Of a stretch of 64,000 bases of DNA, positions 7,587 through 18,323 are shown piece by piece. Position 1 is the first letter of the stretch, and each line of letters opens with the position of its first letter. This DNA is from Thermoanaerobaculales bacterium (GTDB taxonomy: Bacteria; Acidobacteriota; Thermoanaerobaculia; Thermoanaerobaculales; Sulfomarinibacteraceae), in assembly GCA_035358815.1 (NCBI GenBank), contig DAOPQC010000002.1, positions 472,207-536,206 on the forward strand, written 5' to 3'. The position numbers were made by a program, and so were the translations under genes. The notes beneath the pieces were generated by a model that saw nothing but the letters and a program-made list of their open reading frames with translations, was not told the origin of the DNA and ran no database searches.

Positions 7587-10262
7587 ATGGCCCCGATGGC
7601 GAAGGCACTGATCATCGTCGAGTCGCCGGCCAAGGCGCGGACCATCTCCAACTTCCTGGGGCCGGGTTACGAGGTGGAGTCGTCAATCGGCCACATCCGC
7701 GACCTCCCGTCGTCCGCTGCCGAGATCCCGGCCAAGCTCAAGAAGGAGCCGTGGTCCCGGCTCGGCGTCGACGTCGCGAACAACTTCACTCCCCTCTACG
7801 TCATCCCCCATGGCAAGAAGGCCCAGGTCGACAAGCTGAAGCGCCGGGTCAAGGAGGCCAGCGAGCTGCTGCTCGCGACCGACGAGGATCGCGAGGGCGA
7901 GGCGATTGCCTGGCACCTGGTCGAGGTCCTCGACCCGAAGTGCCCGGTCCGGCGGCTCGTCTTTCACGAGATCACCAGGCCGGCCATCGAGCGCGCGCTC
8001 GCCGAGCCTCGAGACGTCGACCAGGACCTGGTCGCCGCCCAGGAGGCCCGCCGCATCCTCGACCGGCTGGTCGGCTACGAGGTCTCGCCGGTGCTGTGGC
8101 GCAAGCTGCGGCCGAAGCTCTCGGCGGGCCGGGTGCAGTCGGTGGCGACGCGGCTGGTGGTCGCGCGCGAGGAGGCGCGGATGCGCTTCGTCGCCGCCGG
8201 CTTTGCAGGGCTCGAGGCCCTGCTTGAGACCGGCCGCCCGGGCGAGCGGCCGTTCCGCGCCCGCCTTTCCGAGCTCGCGGAAAGGAAGGTTGCCGGGGGC
8301 AAGGACTTCGACGCCGAGACCGGGCAGCTCAAGGACTCCACCCTGCTGGTGCTCGACGAGGCCGCCGCCGCCGCGCTGCGATCCGCCCTCGAGGGCGCCC
8401 GGTTCCGGGTCGCGGACGTCACCGAGAAGCCCTTCGTCAATCGGCCCTACCCGCCGTTCATGACCTCGACCCTGCAGCAGGAGGCCGGCCGCAAGCTGCG
8501 GTTCAACGCCCAGCGGACGATGCGGGTCGCCCAGCGGCTCTACGAGAACGGCTACATCACCTACATGCGGACCGACTCGCTCACCCTGTCGCGGGAGGCG
8601 ATCCACGCCGCGCGGACGCAGGTCGCCGAGCTCTACGGCGCCGAGTACCTTCCCGACCAGCCGCGGGTGTACCGCTCGAAGTCGAAGAGCGCCCAGGAGG
8701 CTCACGAGGCGATCCGGCCGGCGGGCGACCGCTTCCGGACACCGGAGAGCCTGCGCGGCCGGCTCGACGGCGACGAGCACCGGCTCTACGAGCTGATCTG
8801 GAAGCGGACCCTGGCCTCGCAGATGAAGGACGCGACCGGGCTTCGGTCGAATGTCCGGGTGTCGGCCGACGCTCCCGGCCACGGCCACGCGGTCTTCGCC
8901 GCCACCGGCAAGGTGATCACCTTCGCCGGCTTCCTGCGCGCCTACGTCGAGGGAACGGACGACCCCGAGGCCGAGCTGGCCGATCAGGAACGACCGCTGC
9001 CCAGGCTCTCGACCGGCCAGCCGCTCGAGGCCCGCGCGATCGAGGTCACGGTCCACACCACCCAGCCCCCACCGCGCTACACCGAGGCCAGCCTGGTCAA
9101 GGAGCTGGAGAGCCGCGGCATCGGCCGGCCCTCCACCTACGCGACCATCATCGAGACCATCCAGGACCGCGACTACGTGTGGCGCAAGGGCCAGGCGCTG
9201 GTGCCGACCTTCACCGCGTTTGCGGTCACCCGGCTGCTCGAGCGCCAGCTTCCCGACCTGGTGGACTACGACTTCACCGCCCGCATGGAGGACGAGCTCG
9301 ATGCCATCGCCCGCGGCGACCGCGAGGCCGCGCCGTGGCTGCACGACTTCTACTTCGGGACCGAGCAGGGCGGCGGCAGCCGCACCATGCGCGAGGGCCT
9401 CCACCGCCTGGTCAGCGACGCGAACGCGGAGGTCGACCCTCGCGAAGCGTCGCGGATCACCGACCTCGGTGTGACCCCCGACGGCAAGCAGGTGGTGGTG
9501 CGGATCGGCCGCTACGGGCCCTACCTCGAGATCGATGGGCAGCGGGCCTCGGTGCCCGACCGCTTGCCGCCGGACGAGCTGACCGTGGAGAAGGCGGTCG
9601 AGCTGATCGATCGTGGTGCAGGCGGCGGCCGCCGCCTCGGCGATGACACCGCCACCGGCCAGCCGGTGATGCTGCGTCATGGACGCTTCGGACACTACGT
9701 CCAGCTCGGCGAGAACGGCGGTGAAGAGAAGGCCCGGATGGCGAGCCTGTGGCCGTCGATGGACCCGGAGGCGGTGACGCTCGAGGACGCGCTCATGCTG
9801 CTGTCGTTCCCGCGCGCGGTCGGCGCCCACCCGGAGTCCGGCAAGCCGATCATGGCCGCGTTCGGCCGCTATGGGCCATACATCGGCTGCGACGGCGACA
9901 ACCGCACCCTGCCCGACTACGAGTCGCTCCTGACCATGACGGTCGACGGCGCGGTCGAGCTCCTGAAGCAGCCCAAAGGCCGCAGCCGGCGCTCCGGGTC
10001 TCCGTCCGCCCTCGCCGAGCTCGGGCCCCACCCCTCCTCCGGAGCTTCCATCAAGGTCATGAAAGGCCGCTTCGGCCCCTACGTCAGCGACGGCACCGTC
10101 CACGCCTCGCTGCCCAAAGGCGCGGACCCGGCAGCGGTCACGATCGAGGCCGCAGTCGACCTGCTCGCCGCCCGCGAGGACAAGCTGAGGAGCCAGGGCA
10201 AGGACCCCCGCGCCCCAAAGAAGCGCGGAGCCCGCCGCCGCCCCCGCGCATCCAGGGGTTAG
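7587..10262 (+). CDS. topA: DNA topoisomerase I (type IA) with Zn-finger-less C-terminal repeats and a basic tail
   Basis: This is the real part of the 1839-aa run-on ORF. It starts MAPMAKALIIVESPAKARTI (TOPRIM), with an alternative ATG at 7596. It contains the active-site region YITYMRTDS, repeated GRFGPYV/GRYGPY modules and a KKRGARRRPRASRG tail. Confidence 0.95.
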   Translation: MAPMAKALIIVESPAKARTISNFLGPGYEVESSIGHIRDLPSSAAEIPAKLKKEPWSRLGVDVANNFTPLYVIPHGKKAQVDKLKRRVKEASELLLATDEDREGEAIAWHLVEVLDPKCPVRRLVFHEITRPAIERALAEPRDVDQDLVAAQEARRILDRLVGYEVSPVLWRKLRPKLSAGRVQSVATRLVVAREEARMRFVAAGFAGLEALLETGRPGERPFRARLSELAERKVAGGKDFDAETGQLKDSTLLVLDEAAAAALRSALEGARFRVADVTEKPFVNRPYPPFMTSTLQQEAGRKLRFNAQRTMRVAQRLYENGYITYMRTDSLTLSREAIHAARTQVAELYGAEYLPDQPRVYRSKSKSAQEAHEAIRPAGDRFRTPESLRGRLDGDEHRLYELIWKRTLASQMKDATGLRSNVRVSADAPGHGHAVFAATGKVITFAGFLRAYVEGTDDPEAELADQERPLPRLSTGQPLEARAIEVTVHTTQPPPRYTEASLVKELESRGIGRPSTYATIIETIQDRDYVWRKGQALVPTFTAFAVTRLLERQLPDLVDYDFTARMEDELDAIARGDREAAPWLHDFYFGTEQGGGSRTMREGLHRLVSDANAEVDPREASRITDLGVTPDGKQVVVRIGRYGPYLEIDGQRASVPDRLPPDELTVEKAVELIDRGAGGGRRLGDDTATGQPVMLRHGRFGHYVQLGENGGEEKARMASLWPSMDPEAVTLEDALMLLSFPRAVGAHPESGKPIMAAFGRYGPYIGCDGDNRTLPDYESLLTMTVDGAVELLKQPKGRSRRSGSPSALAELGPHPSSGASIKVMKGRFGPYVSDGTVHASLPKGADPAAVTIEAAVDLLAAREDKLRSQGKDPRAPKKRGARRRPRASRG

Positions 10263-10325
10263 GATCTGGGATCTGGGGGATGGGGCCCTTCTCCCGTTCC
10301 CGCTCCCGTTCCCGTCCCCGTTCCC
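10261..10325. repeat. G-rich arm (AGGATCTGGGATCTGGGGGATGGGG) abutting a C-rich hexamer arm (CTCCCG TTCCCG CTCCCG TTCCCG TCCCCG TTCCC)
   Basis: Begins inside the topA stop codon TAG (10260-10262). The first 21 nt are identical to 62467-62487. Confidence 0.85.
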
Positions 10326-10331
10326 GAGACG

Positions 10332-10361
10332 CAAAACGGCCCGGGCGTCACGCCCGGGCCG
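10332..10361 (-). terminator. intrinsic terminator of rpmG (possibly also stops topA from the other side)
   Basis: Perfect 11-bp stem CGGCCCGGGCG / CGCCCGGGCCG with loop TCA (10337-10361). On the minus strand it is followed by TTTT (10333-10336). It lies 29 nt after the rpmG stop. Confidence 0.8.
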
Positions 10362-10389
10362 CGGAAAGTGCGGATTCCGAGCCGTGCAG

Positions 10390-10551
10390 CTAGCGCGCTT
10401 CCTTGTACATCACGTGCTTGCGCACGACGGGGTCGTACTTCTTGAGCTCGAGCCGGTCGGGGGTGTTCTGCTTGTTCTTTTTCAGGTAGTAGGTGTGCGG
10501 GCTCTCGCTGCTCTTCATCTTGATCTGCACCCGGTGTCCCTTGCCAGCCAT
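10390..10551 (-). CDS. rpmG: 50S ribosomal protein L33
   Basis: 53 aa: [53 protein letters not shown]. This is the 3' part of a 226-aa run-on ORF. A GAGGAGG SD precedes the ATG at 10551. Confidence 0.9.
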   Translation of the reverse strand: MAGKGHRVQIKMKSSESPHTYYLKKNKQNTPDRLELKKYDPVVRKHVMYKEAR

Positions 10552-10578
10552 GGTCGTCGTCCTCCTCGCAGCCGGCGG

Positions 10579-10607
10579 ATCATACACGGGGTGAGATTTC
10601 ATGTCAA
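10579..10607 (-). promoter_or_regulatory. sigma70-type promoter for rpmG
   Basis: Minus strand reads TTGACA (10607-10602), a 17-nt spacer, then TATGAT (10584-10579). It lies about 30 nt upstream of the rpmG ATG. Confidence 0.7.
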
Positions 10608-10764
10608 TGTCGGGCGCCCGAACAGGCGTGAGGGGTTGGGGAATAGGGGTTCGCTCCCGACTCCGCCTCCGTGCCCCACCCGCTTCCGCTTCCGATGTGA
10701 TGGCTTTCAACGCAGCGGCGTTACCCTGGGTTCGAAGGTGGGGGTGGTGTGCACGATCCCACTC

Positions 10765-10788
10765 GGGAACGGGAACGGGAACGGGAAC
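10765..10788 (+). repeat. (GGGAAC)4 G-tract microsatellite
   Basis: Perfect hexamer repeat about 105 nt upstream of the YdjC-family gene start. Further G-tract (10632-10649) and CTTCCG (10681-10693) fragments occur in the same gap. Confidence 0.9.
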
Positions 10789-10894
10789 GACGGAACGCCC
10801 GAGGCGTCCGCCCTCCGGAACTCGGGGATTGACGAAAAGGAAATTAAGATACGCAGGTAGGACGGATCGTGCCAGGTCCGCGGCGGAGGTGGAG

Positions 10895-11830
10895 ATGTCA
10901 CGAGATTCCCGAACCCGTGTCGCGTTCGCGGTCGCGTCGTTGATTCTCCTCGTCGTGGTCTCGGCGCCGCAGGCCGCCGAGACGGCCGAGCCGACGCAGC
11001 TGATGATCCGCTGCGACGACGTCGGGATGTGCCACGGCGTCAACACGGCTGTGCGCGAGCTGCTCGCCACCGGCCTGCCGTTCTCGGCCTCGGTGATGTT
11101 CGCCTGCCCGTGGCACCTCGAGGCGGTCGAGATCCTCAGGGACCACCCCGAGGTCGGCGTCGGCGTTCACCTCACGCTCAACTCCGAGTGGGAGCACTAC
11201 AAGTGGGGGCCGGTGGTTGGCGCGGCCAAGGTGCCGTCACTGGTCGACGCGAACGGACACTTCCATCCCACCGAGACCGCGTTCGCCGCTGCCGGGCCCA
11301 ATCTCGACGAGGTGCGAGTAGAGCTCGAGGCCCAGATCCAGCGGGCGCTCGCCACCGGGCTGCGCATCGACTACATCGACTTCCACATGCTGACCGCGGT
11401 CTCGACGCCCGATCTGCAGGCGATCGTGGAGCAGCTCGCGGCCAAGCACGGGCTCGGGATCTCGCGCTACTTCGGCGAGCGGTCGGTGTCGCTGTGGGAT
11501 GTCGCGCCCGGGCGCAAGCTGCCGCGGCTGCTCGAGTCGGTGCGGCAGGCGCGTCCCGGCCTCAACCTGGTCGTGCTCCACGTCGGAACCGACACTCCCG
11601 AAATGGCGGCCCTCATCGACTCCAACTACGCAGCCGACCCCTACCGGGTGGCCATCCACCGGCAGGCCGAGCTCGAAGCCGTCACCTCGCCCGCCTTCTG
11701 GGCGGCGCTCCAGACTTCCGGGATCGAGCTCCTCAACTACCGCGACCTCGTGCAACGCCGCGGCCTCGCCGCGATGAAGGCCCCCGAGGTCATCGGCTCC
11801 TACTCGACGTCCTTCACCGAGACGCCATAG
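10895..11830 (+). CDS. YdjC/ChbG-family carbohydrate deacetylase with an N-terminal signal peptide
   Basis: The start is reset to ATG 10895 after GGAGGTGGAG. It begins [29 protein letters not shown] and then [14 protein letters not shown], the YdjC DD-x-G motif. Confidence 0.8.
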   Translation: MSRDSRTRVAFAVASLILLVVVSAPQAAETAEPTQLMIRCDDVGMCHGVNTAVRELLATGLPFSASVMFACPWHLEAVEILRDHPEVGVGVHLTLNSEWEHYKWGPVVGAAKVPSLVDANGHFHPTETAFAAAGPNLDEVRVELEAQIQRALATGLRIDYIDFHMLTAVSTPDLQAIVEQLAAKHGLGISRYFGERSVSLWDVAPGRKLPRLLESVRQARPGLNLVVLHVGTDTPEMAALIDSNYAADPYRVAIHRQAELEAVTSPAFWAALQTSGIELLNYRDLVQRRGLAAMKAPEVIGSYSTSFTETP

Positions 11831-11883
11831 TCGACGAGAAGCTCATCCGCACCCGGTTTTTTGAGGTTCGGTGCGCGACGACA

Positions 11884-12008
11884 GTTTTCTTTCAGTTTCT
11901 TCATTCTGACGCGCGCAGCGCGTCACTCTCGGCGCGCGCGGGGCGTAGGCCGACGGGGACGGTCAAACATCACTCACTCCGAGCGGCCTACGACCCGCGT
12001 GCGCCGAG
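11884..12008 (-). repeat. 3'-end element family, copy B (hairpin TGACGCGC-GCA-GCGCGTCA)
   Basis: Holds the same conserved block as copies A and C. Its distal 21 nt overlap the last 6 codons plus the stop of the GH105 gene. Confidence 0.7.
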
Positions 12009-13166
12009 CTTGAGCATCTCGCTGCCCGCCATCAGGAAGGCGCCGGTACCGTACTCCATGCTGTCGTCGGCGCTCACCGAGCGGGGGTCGTAGCCGATCT
12101 GCTGCACCCAGCCGAGCTTTCCGGAGGGCTGCAGCGCCCACATCAGGCCCTGCCAGCCGCGGCGCGCCGCGGGCAGAAACATCGAGGCGTCGAGCAGGCC
12201 GCGATTGACGCCCCACGCGAGGCCATAGGTGAAGAAGCCGGAGCCGCTCGACTCGGGGATCGGGTACTCGCCGGGGTCGAGCAGGCTCGAACGCCACAGC
12301 CCATCCTCACCCTGCACCGCGGCCAGCGCCGCCGCCATGTCGCGAAACAGCTGCTCGTAGCGCGGGCGATCCGGGTAGTCGGCCGGCATGTGCTCCAAAA
12401 CCAGGGCGAGGCCCGCGAAGACCCAGCCGTTGCCGCGCGACCAGAAGACCTTGAGGCCGCTCGGGGTGCGCGGGCCGGAGCCGTCGGCCTGGACGACGTA
12501 GCGGCCGTCGCGGTACCAAAGTCGCTCCTCCTGGTCGTAGAGGTAGGAGTAGGTGTCCCACCACATGCCGTTCATCAGGTCGAGGTAGCGGCGGTCGCCG
12601 GTGGCCTCGGCGATGAGCGCCATGGCCGGCGGCGCCATGAACAGGGCGTCGCACCACGACCAGTTGTCGTTCTCCGACCAGCCGACGACGGGCCCGGGCC
12701 GGGGCTCGGCGATCATCGCCTCGAGGCGAGCCACGGTGGGCGCGATCATCGCCGGATCGCGCTCAACGAGGAAGAGCTGGGCATAGGTCTGGGCGATGCA
12801 GAGGTCGTCGGCGTGACGGGGCCGCGGCCCGGGCTGCCAGCCGTTGCGCTCTGAGATGTCCATCGCCGCCGCCAGGTAGCGCGAGTCGCCGGTCGCGTTG
12901 GCGGCCGCCATCACGCCGGCGAAGAAGGCGCCGCGCACCCACTCGGTGTCGCTCACCGGCTGGGTGCCGCCGTCGGGCAGCGGCGCCTCGTACACGATGT
13001 GGTCGATCTGCCAGTCGAAGGCCCTCGCCATGGCCTCGGCGACGGCGTCGGGAGAGAAGACGTCCGGCTGCTGCGGCGGCTCGGCGGCGCGCTTCGCGCA
13101 GCCCGCGATCAGCGCCGCCACGGTCGCGGTCACGGCGAAGAGATGGCACGCTCGTCGGACGATCAT
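11988..13166 (-). CDS. GH105/GH88-type unsaturated glucuronyl/rhamnogalacturonyl hydrolase, lipoprotein
   Basis: 392 aa. Lipobox LIAGC. Alpha/alpha-toroid family motifs: WSWCDALFMAPPA, FWSRGNGW, GSGFFTYGLAWG. Confidence 0.8.
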   Translation of the reverse strand: MIVRRACHLFAVTATVAALIAGCAKRAAEPPQQPDVFSPDAVAEAMARAFDWQIDHIVYEAPLPDGGTQPVSDTEWVRGAFFAGVMAAANATGDSRYLAAAMDISERNGWQPGPRPRHADDLCIAQTYAQLFLVERDPAMIAPTVARLEAMIAEPRPGPVVGWSENDNWSWCDALFMAPPAMALIAEATGDRRYLDLMNGMWWDTYSYLYDQEERLWYRDGRYVVQADGSGPRTPSGLKVFWSRGNGWVFAGLALVLEHMPADYPDRPRYEQLFRDMAAALAAVQGEDGLWRSSLLDPGEYPIPESSGSGFFTYGLAWGVNRGLLDASMFLPAARRGWQGLMWALQPSGKLGWVQQIGYDPRSVSADDSMEYGTGAFLMAGSEMLKLGARGS

Positions 13167-13207
13167 CAGCGACCTCCGGTTTCATCGACCACGGTAGCAG
13201 CTCGACG

Positions 13208-15754
<2,547 letters not shown>

Positions 15755-15923
15755 CCCTGTCCCCTTCCTCGTGAGCGCCGCCCGTCAGCCCGTGAAGTGC
15801 AGCCAGACCAGCCCGACACAGCAGCCGCAACTATAACCGCAGCACCCCGTTCGGACGCCAACCCGGCCGACGCCGGCGAGCCGGCCCCGGGGGGGTGCCC
15901 GCCGCGAGCACCGAGGACACCCC

Positions 15924-15962
15924 TTGACAAATACTACGAAGCGATATATATCTATTCGTACT
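15924..15962 (+). promoter_or_regulatory. promoter plus palindromic operator upstream of the PadR gene
   Basis: TTGACA lies at 15924-15929 and an AT-rich -10 candidate (TATATATC) at 15945-15952. Inverted repeat TACTACGAA-N15-TTCGTACTA (8 of 9 complementary, 15932-15962) is centred on the palindrome GATATATATC. The ATG at 15963 implies a very short or absent leader. Confidence 0.6.
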
Positions 15963-16535
15963 ATGAACGACGAACTCACCCTCACCCCGCTCCGCCTCGC
16001 CATCCTCGGGCTGGTCGCGATGACCCCGCAGTCCGGCTACGACCTGAAGAAGGTCTTCGACGCGACTCCGATGGGCCACTTCAGCAGCAGCCCCGGCGCC
16101 ATCTACCCGGCGCTCAAGGGCCTCGAGAAGCTCGGCTGGATCCGCGGCCGCCAGGAGAAACCGCGCTCGCGCCGGCCCCGCTTCGTGTACACGATCACTG
16201 AGCGTGGCGACGCGGTGCTCCGCGCCGAGCTCTCCAAGCCGGTCACCCGCGAGGCGCTGATCTGGCACTTCGACCTGGTGATGCTCCGGTTCGCCTTCAT
16301 GGATCGTCTCGGCCGCCCGGCAGCGCTCCAGCTCCTCGCGCAGCTCCGGGCCGAGTCCGAGTCCTACGCCAGGCACCTCGAGCGGCTCCGGCAGGAGCTG
16401 CAGGGGCAGATGTCGCCGTGCGGCCGGCTGGCCCTGGAGCACGGCATTCAGGGTTTCCGGGGCGACGCGCGCTGGGCCGCGCGAGCCATCAACGAGCTCA
16501 CTGAGCCAGTCGACGAAAGGAAGGTGTCCAGATGA
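15963..16535 (+). CDS. PadR-family transcriptional regulator
   Basis: The start is reset to MNDELTLTPLRLAILGLVAMTPQSGYDLKKVF, followed by SPGAIYPALKGLEKLGWI. This is a winged-helix PadR signature with a C-terminal dimerisation helix region. Confidence 0.85.
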   Translation: MNDELTLTPLRLAILGLVAMTPQSGYDLKKVFDATPMGHFSSSPGAIYPALKGLEKLGWIRGRQEKPRSRRPRFVYTITERGDAVLRAELSKPVTREALIWHFDLVMLRFAFMDRLGRPAALQLLAQLRAESESYARHLERLRQELQGQMSPCGRLALEHGIQGFRGDARWAARAINELTEPVDERKVSR

Positions 16536-17419
16536 GCACTGAGAAGTCCACGAGCATCGGGACCTGGATCTGGAAGGTCCTGGCGATCGCCGCGGCGTAC
16601 TTCGTGGGGACGATGATCAGCGGCATGGTGATCACCGCGGCCGGCATGTCATGGCCGGCCTTCCCGAACCCACCCAGCCAGACCACCAACCTCGTCCTGG
16701 GCGCGCTCAGCGCGGTACTGGTGGCCGGCTGCCTCGCACTCCTCGCCTGGGGAGTGCGCGGATCGCAGCCCGTGCGCTGGCTCGTCCTCGCCGCATTCAC
16801 CTACGTCATCTTCGGCCTCAACAACCAGATCGAGGCCGCGGCCTTCACCGCCTTCGGCGGCACCGCCACGATGATCGTGTTCTTCGTCGCGCCGTGCCTG
16901 CTCGGCGCCGCCGCGGCGGCTTGGCTGGTCGGTCCCGGGACGGGGCTGCAGCCTCGGGGCGCCACGGTCTTCGGCCGGCCGGCGTCCGCCTGGTGGTGGC
17001 GAGTCATGGTCGCGTGGCTCGCGTTCCCGGTGATCTACGTGTTCTTCGGGATGCTGGTCTCCCCGATCGTGGTCCCGTTCTACAAGGACCCGAGCTTCGG
17101 GCTGACGCTTCCCGGCTGGAACACCATCTTCCCGGTGGTCCTGTTGCGCAGCGCGCTCGCCCTCGCCGTGACCCTGCCGGTCCTCGTCCTCTGGTCACGC
17201 TCGCGGCGCGCCCTCTTCGTGTCGCTGGCGGTTGCGTTCTTCGCCATGATGGGCCTGATCGGTCTTGCCGCGACGACCTTCTTCCCGCCGACGCTGCGCA
17301 TCGCGCACTCGATCGAGATCCTCGGCGACGCAGTCGTCTACGCGTGGGTGCTGGTCGCCCTTTTCATCCCGAAGGCGCGAACGGGGAGCACCGACCGGCT
17401 GCCTGTCGCCGCCGAGTGA
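16532..17419 (+). CDS. polytopic integral membrane protein of unknown function
   Basis: 295 aa. By eye it has about 8 hydrophobic spans. An ATGA overlap couples it to the PadR gene. Confidence 0.7.
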   Translation: MSTEKSTSIGTWIWKVLAIAAAYFVGTMISGMVITAAGMSWPAFPNPPSQTTNLVLGALSAVLVAGCLALLAWGVRGSQPVRWLVLAAFTYVIFGLNNQIEAAAFTAFGGTATMIVFFVAPCLLGAAAAAWLVGPGTGLQPRGATVFGRPASAWWWRVMVAWLAFPVIYVFFGMLVSPIVVPFYKDPSFGLTLPGWNTIFPVVLLRSALALAVTLPVLVLWSRSRRALFVSLAVAFFAMMGLIGLAATTFFPPTLRIAHSIEILGDAVVYAWVLVALFIPKARTGSTDRLPVAAE

Positions 17420-17465
17420 GCTCGACCCGCTCGGCCCGCTGCGGATCGCGGGTTACGGGGGGCGG

Positions 17466-18323
17466 TCACGCTCCCCGGCTCAACCGCGCGATCCGGTCCG
17501 TGACGTCGTTCCGCATCCGGTCGACGAGCGCGGTCGTGTAGGCGGCCACGTCGAGCGAGGGGTCGGCGACCAGCGGCGTCAGGTCGACCGCAAAGGCGAG
17601 CATGGTGTTGCGGTCGACCTCGTGCGACTCGAAGAAGGTGGCGTTGGCCAGGCGCCGCCCCTGAACCGCGAGGTCGTAGCGCTTGCCGCCCGAGATCTGC
17701 GAGTCGAAGATCCCGGACAGGGCCGCGGCCAGGTTCGGGCGGTCGTCGACCGGCAGCACCTGCTTGTCCGCGTCGGGCAGCCAGTCGAGGCTGCGCCAGA
17801 CCTCGCAGCCGTAGACGCGCAGGGGGCGGACCGCCGGCTCGAGGAGACGCAGCGCGGCGATCGCACGCAGGCAGCTCGCGACGTGGGTGTCGTGCTTGTC
17901 GGCCGGGTTGTGGAGGTAGACGACCTGCGGTTTCGCGCGCGCGAGGATCTCGAGGAGGTCGCCGACCGGGCCCGGGTTCGACGCGTCCTTGAGCTCGGCG
18001 CTCGAGTACATGAGCTGGAGCTGGCAGCCGTAGCCGCCGATCAGGGCGGCGTGGCGCTGCTCGCTCACCCGGATCCGCACCATCTCGTCGTTGGAGCAGC
18101 CGGCGTAGGGGCCGGTGCGGGCGCTGCCGGCGCCGTTGGTCATGGTGACGCCGACGAAGCAGCGGTCGCTGCGGCCGAAGCACTCGAGAATGCCGTGCAG
18201 GGCCATGAACTCGATGTCGTCCTGGTGCGCCCCGACTGCGAGGTGGGTGGTGCGGGCGAGCGCCTCCTCGAGGGGGCCGCCGCCGGGCACGTAGACGTCG
18301 GCTTTTGGCTTTGTCAGCTTCAT
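17466..18323 (-). CDS. PIG-L/LmbE-family N-acetylglucosaminyl deacetylase
   Basis: The start is reset to ATG 18323 (MKLTKPKADVYVP) after GGAGG. HLAVGAHQDDIEF matches the AHPDD(E) zinc motif, followed by HNPADKHDTH. An ATGA overlap links it to the upstream ROK-like gene. Confidence 0.85.
   Translation of the reverse strand: MKLTKPKADVYVPGGGPLEEALARTTHLAVGAHQDDIEFMALHGILECFGRSDRCFVGVTMTNGAGSARTGPYAGCSNDEMVRIRVSEQRHAALIGGYGCQLQLMYSSAELKDASNPGPVGDLLEILARAKPQVVYLHNPADKHDTHVASCLRAIAALRLLEPAVRPLRVYGCEVWRSLDWLPDADKQVLPVDDRPNLAAALSGIFDSQISGGKRYDLAVQGRRLANATFFESHEVDRNTMLAFAVDLTPLVADPSLDVAAYTTALVDRMRNDVTDRIARLSRGA

Noticed and set aside
4743-10262. An 1839-aa plus-strand ORF
   Set aside because: It is a run-on artefact of stop-codon scarcity in high-GC DNA. 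Only 7587-10262 encodes a recognisable protein (topA). The upstream 2.8 kb is antisense to valS and translates to Arg/Gly/Pro/Asp-rich low-complexity sequence.
7683-10334. Long antisense ORFs: 7683-10334 (-), 13463-15745 (+), 20498-21697 (+), 23704-26040 (-), 25838-27028 (-), 28173-30020 (-), 29659-31467 (-), 33933-35912 (+), 38708-41485 (+), 41218-42849 (-), 51908-54181 (+), 62570-63805 (-)
   Set aside because: Each lies opposite a CDS with clear family motifs. Their translations are dominated by R/G/P/A/D/E/H/V low-complexity runs without signal peptides or motifs, which is typical of GC-rich shadow ORFs.
10700-10760. A tRNA-like GGGTTCGAAGG motif in the rpmG-YdjC gap
   Set aside because: I could not build acceptor, D or anticodon arms around it, and the T-stem complement is missing. 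tRNAscan-SE would confirm.
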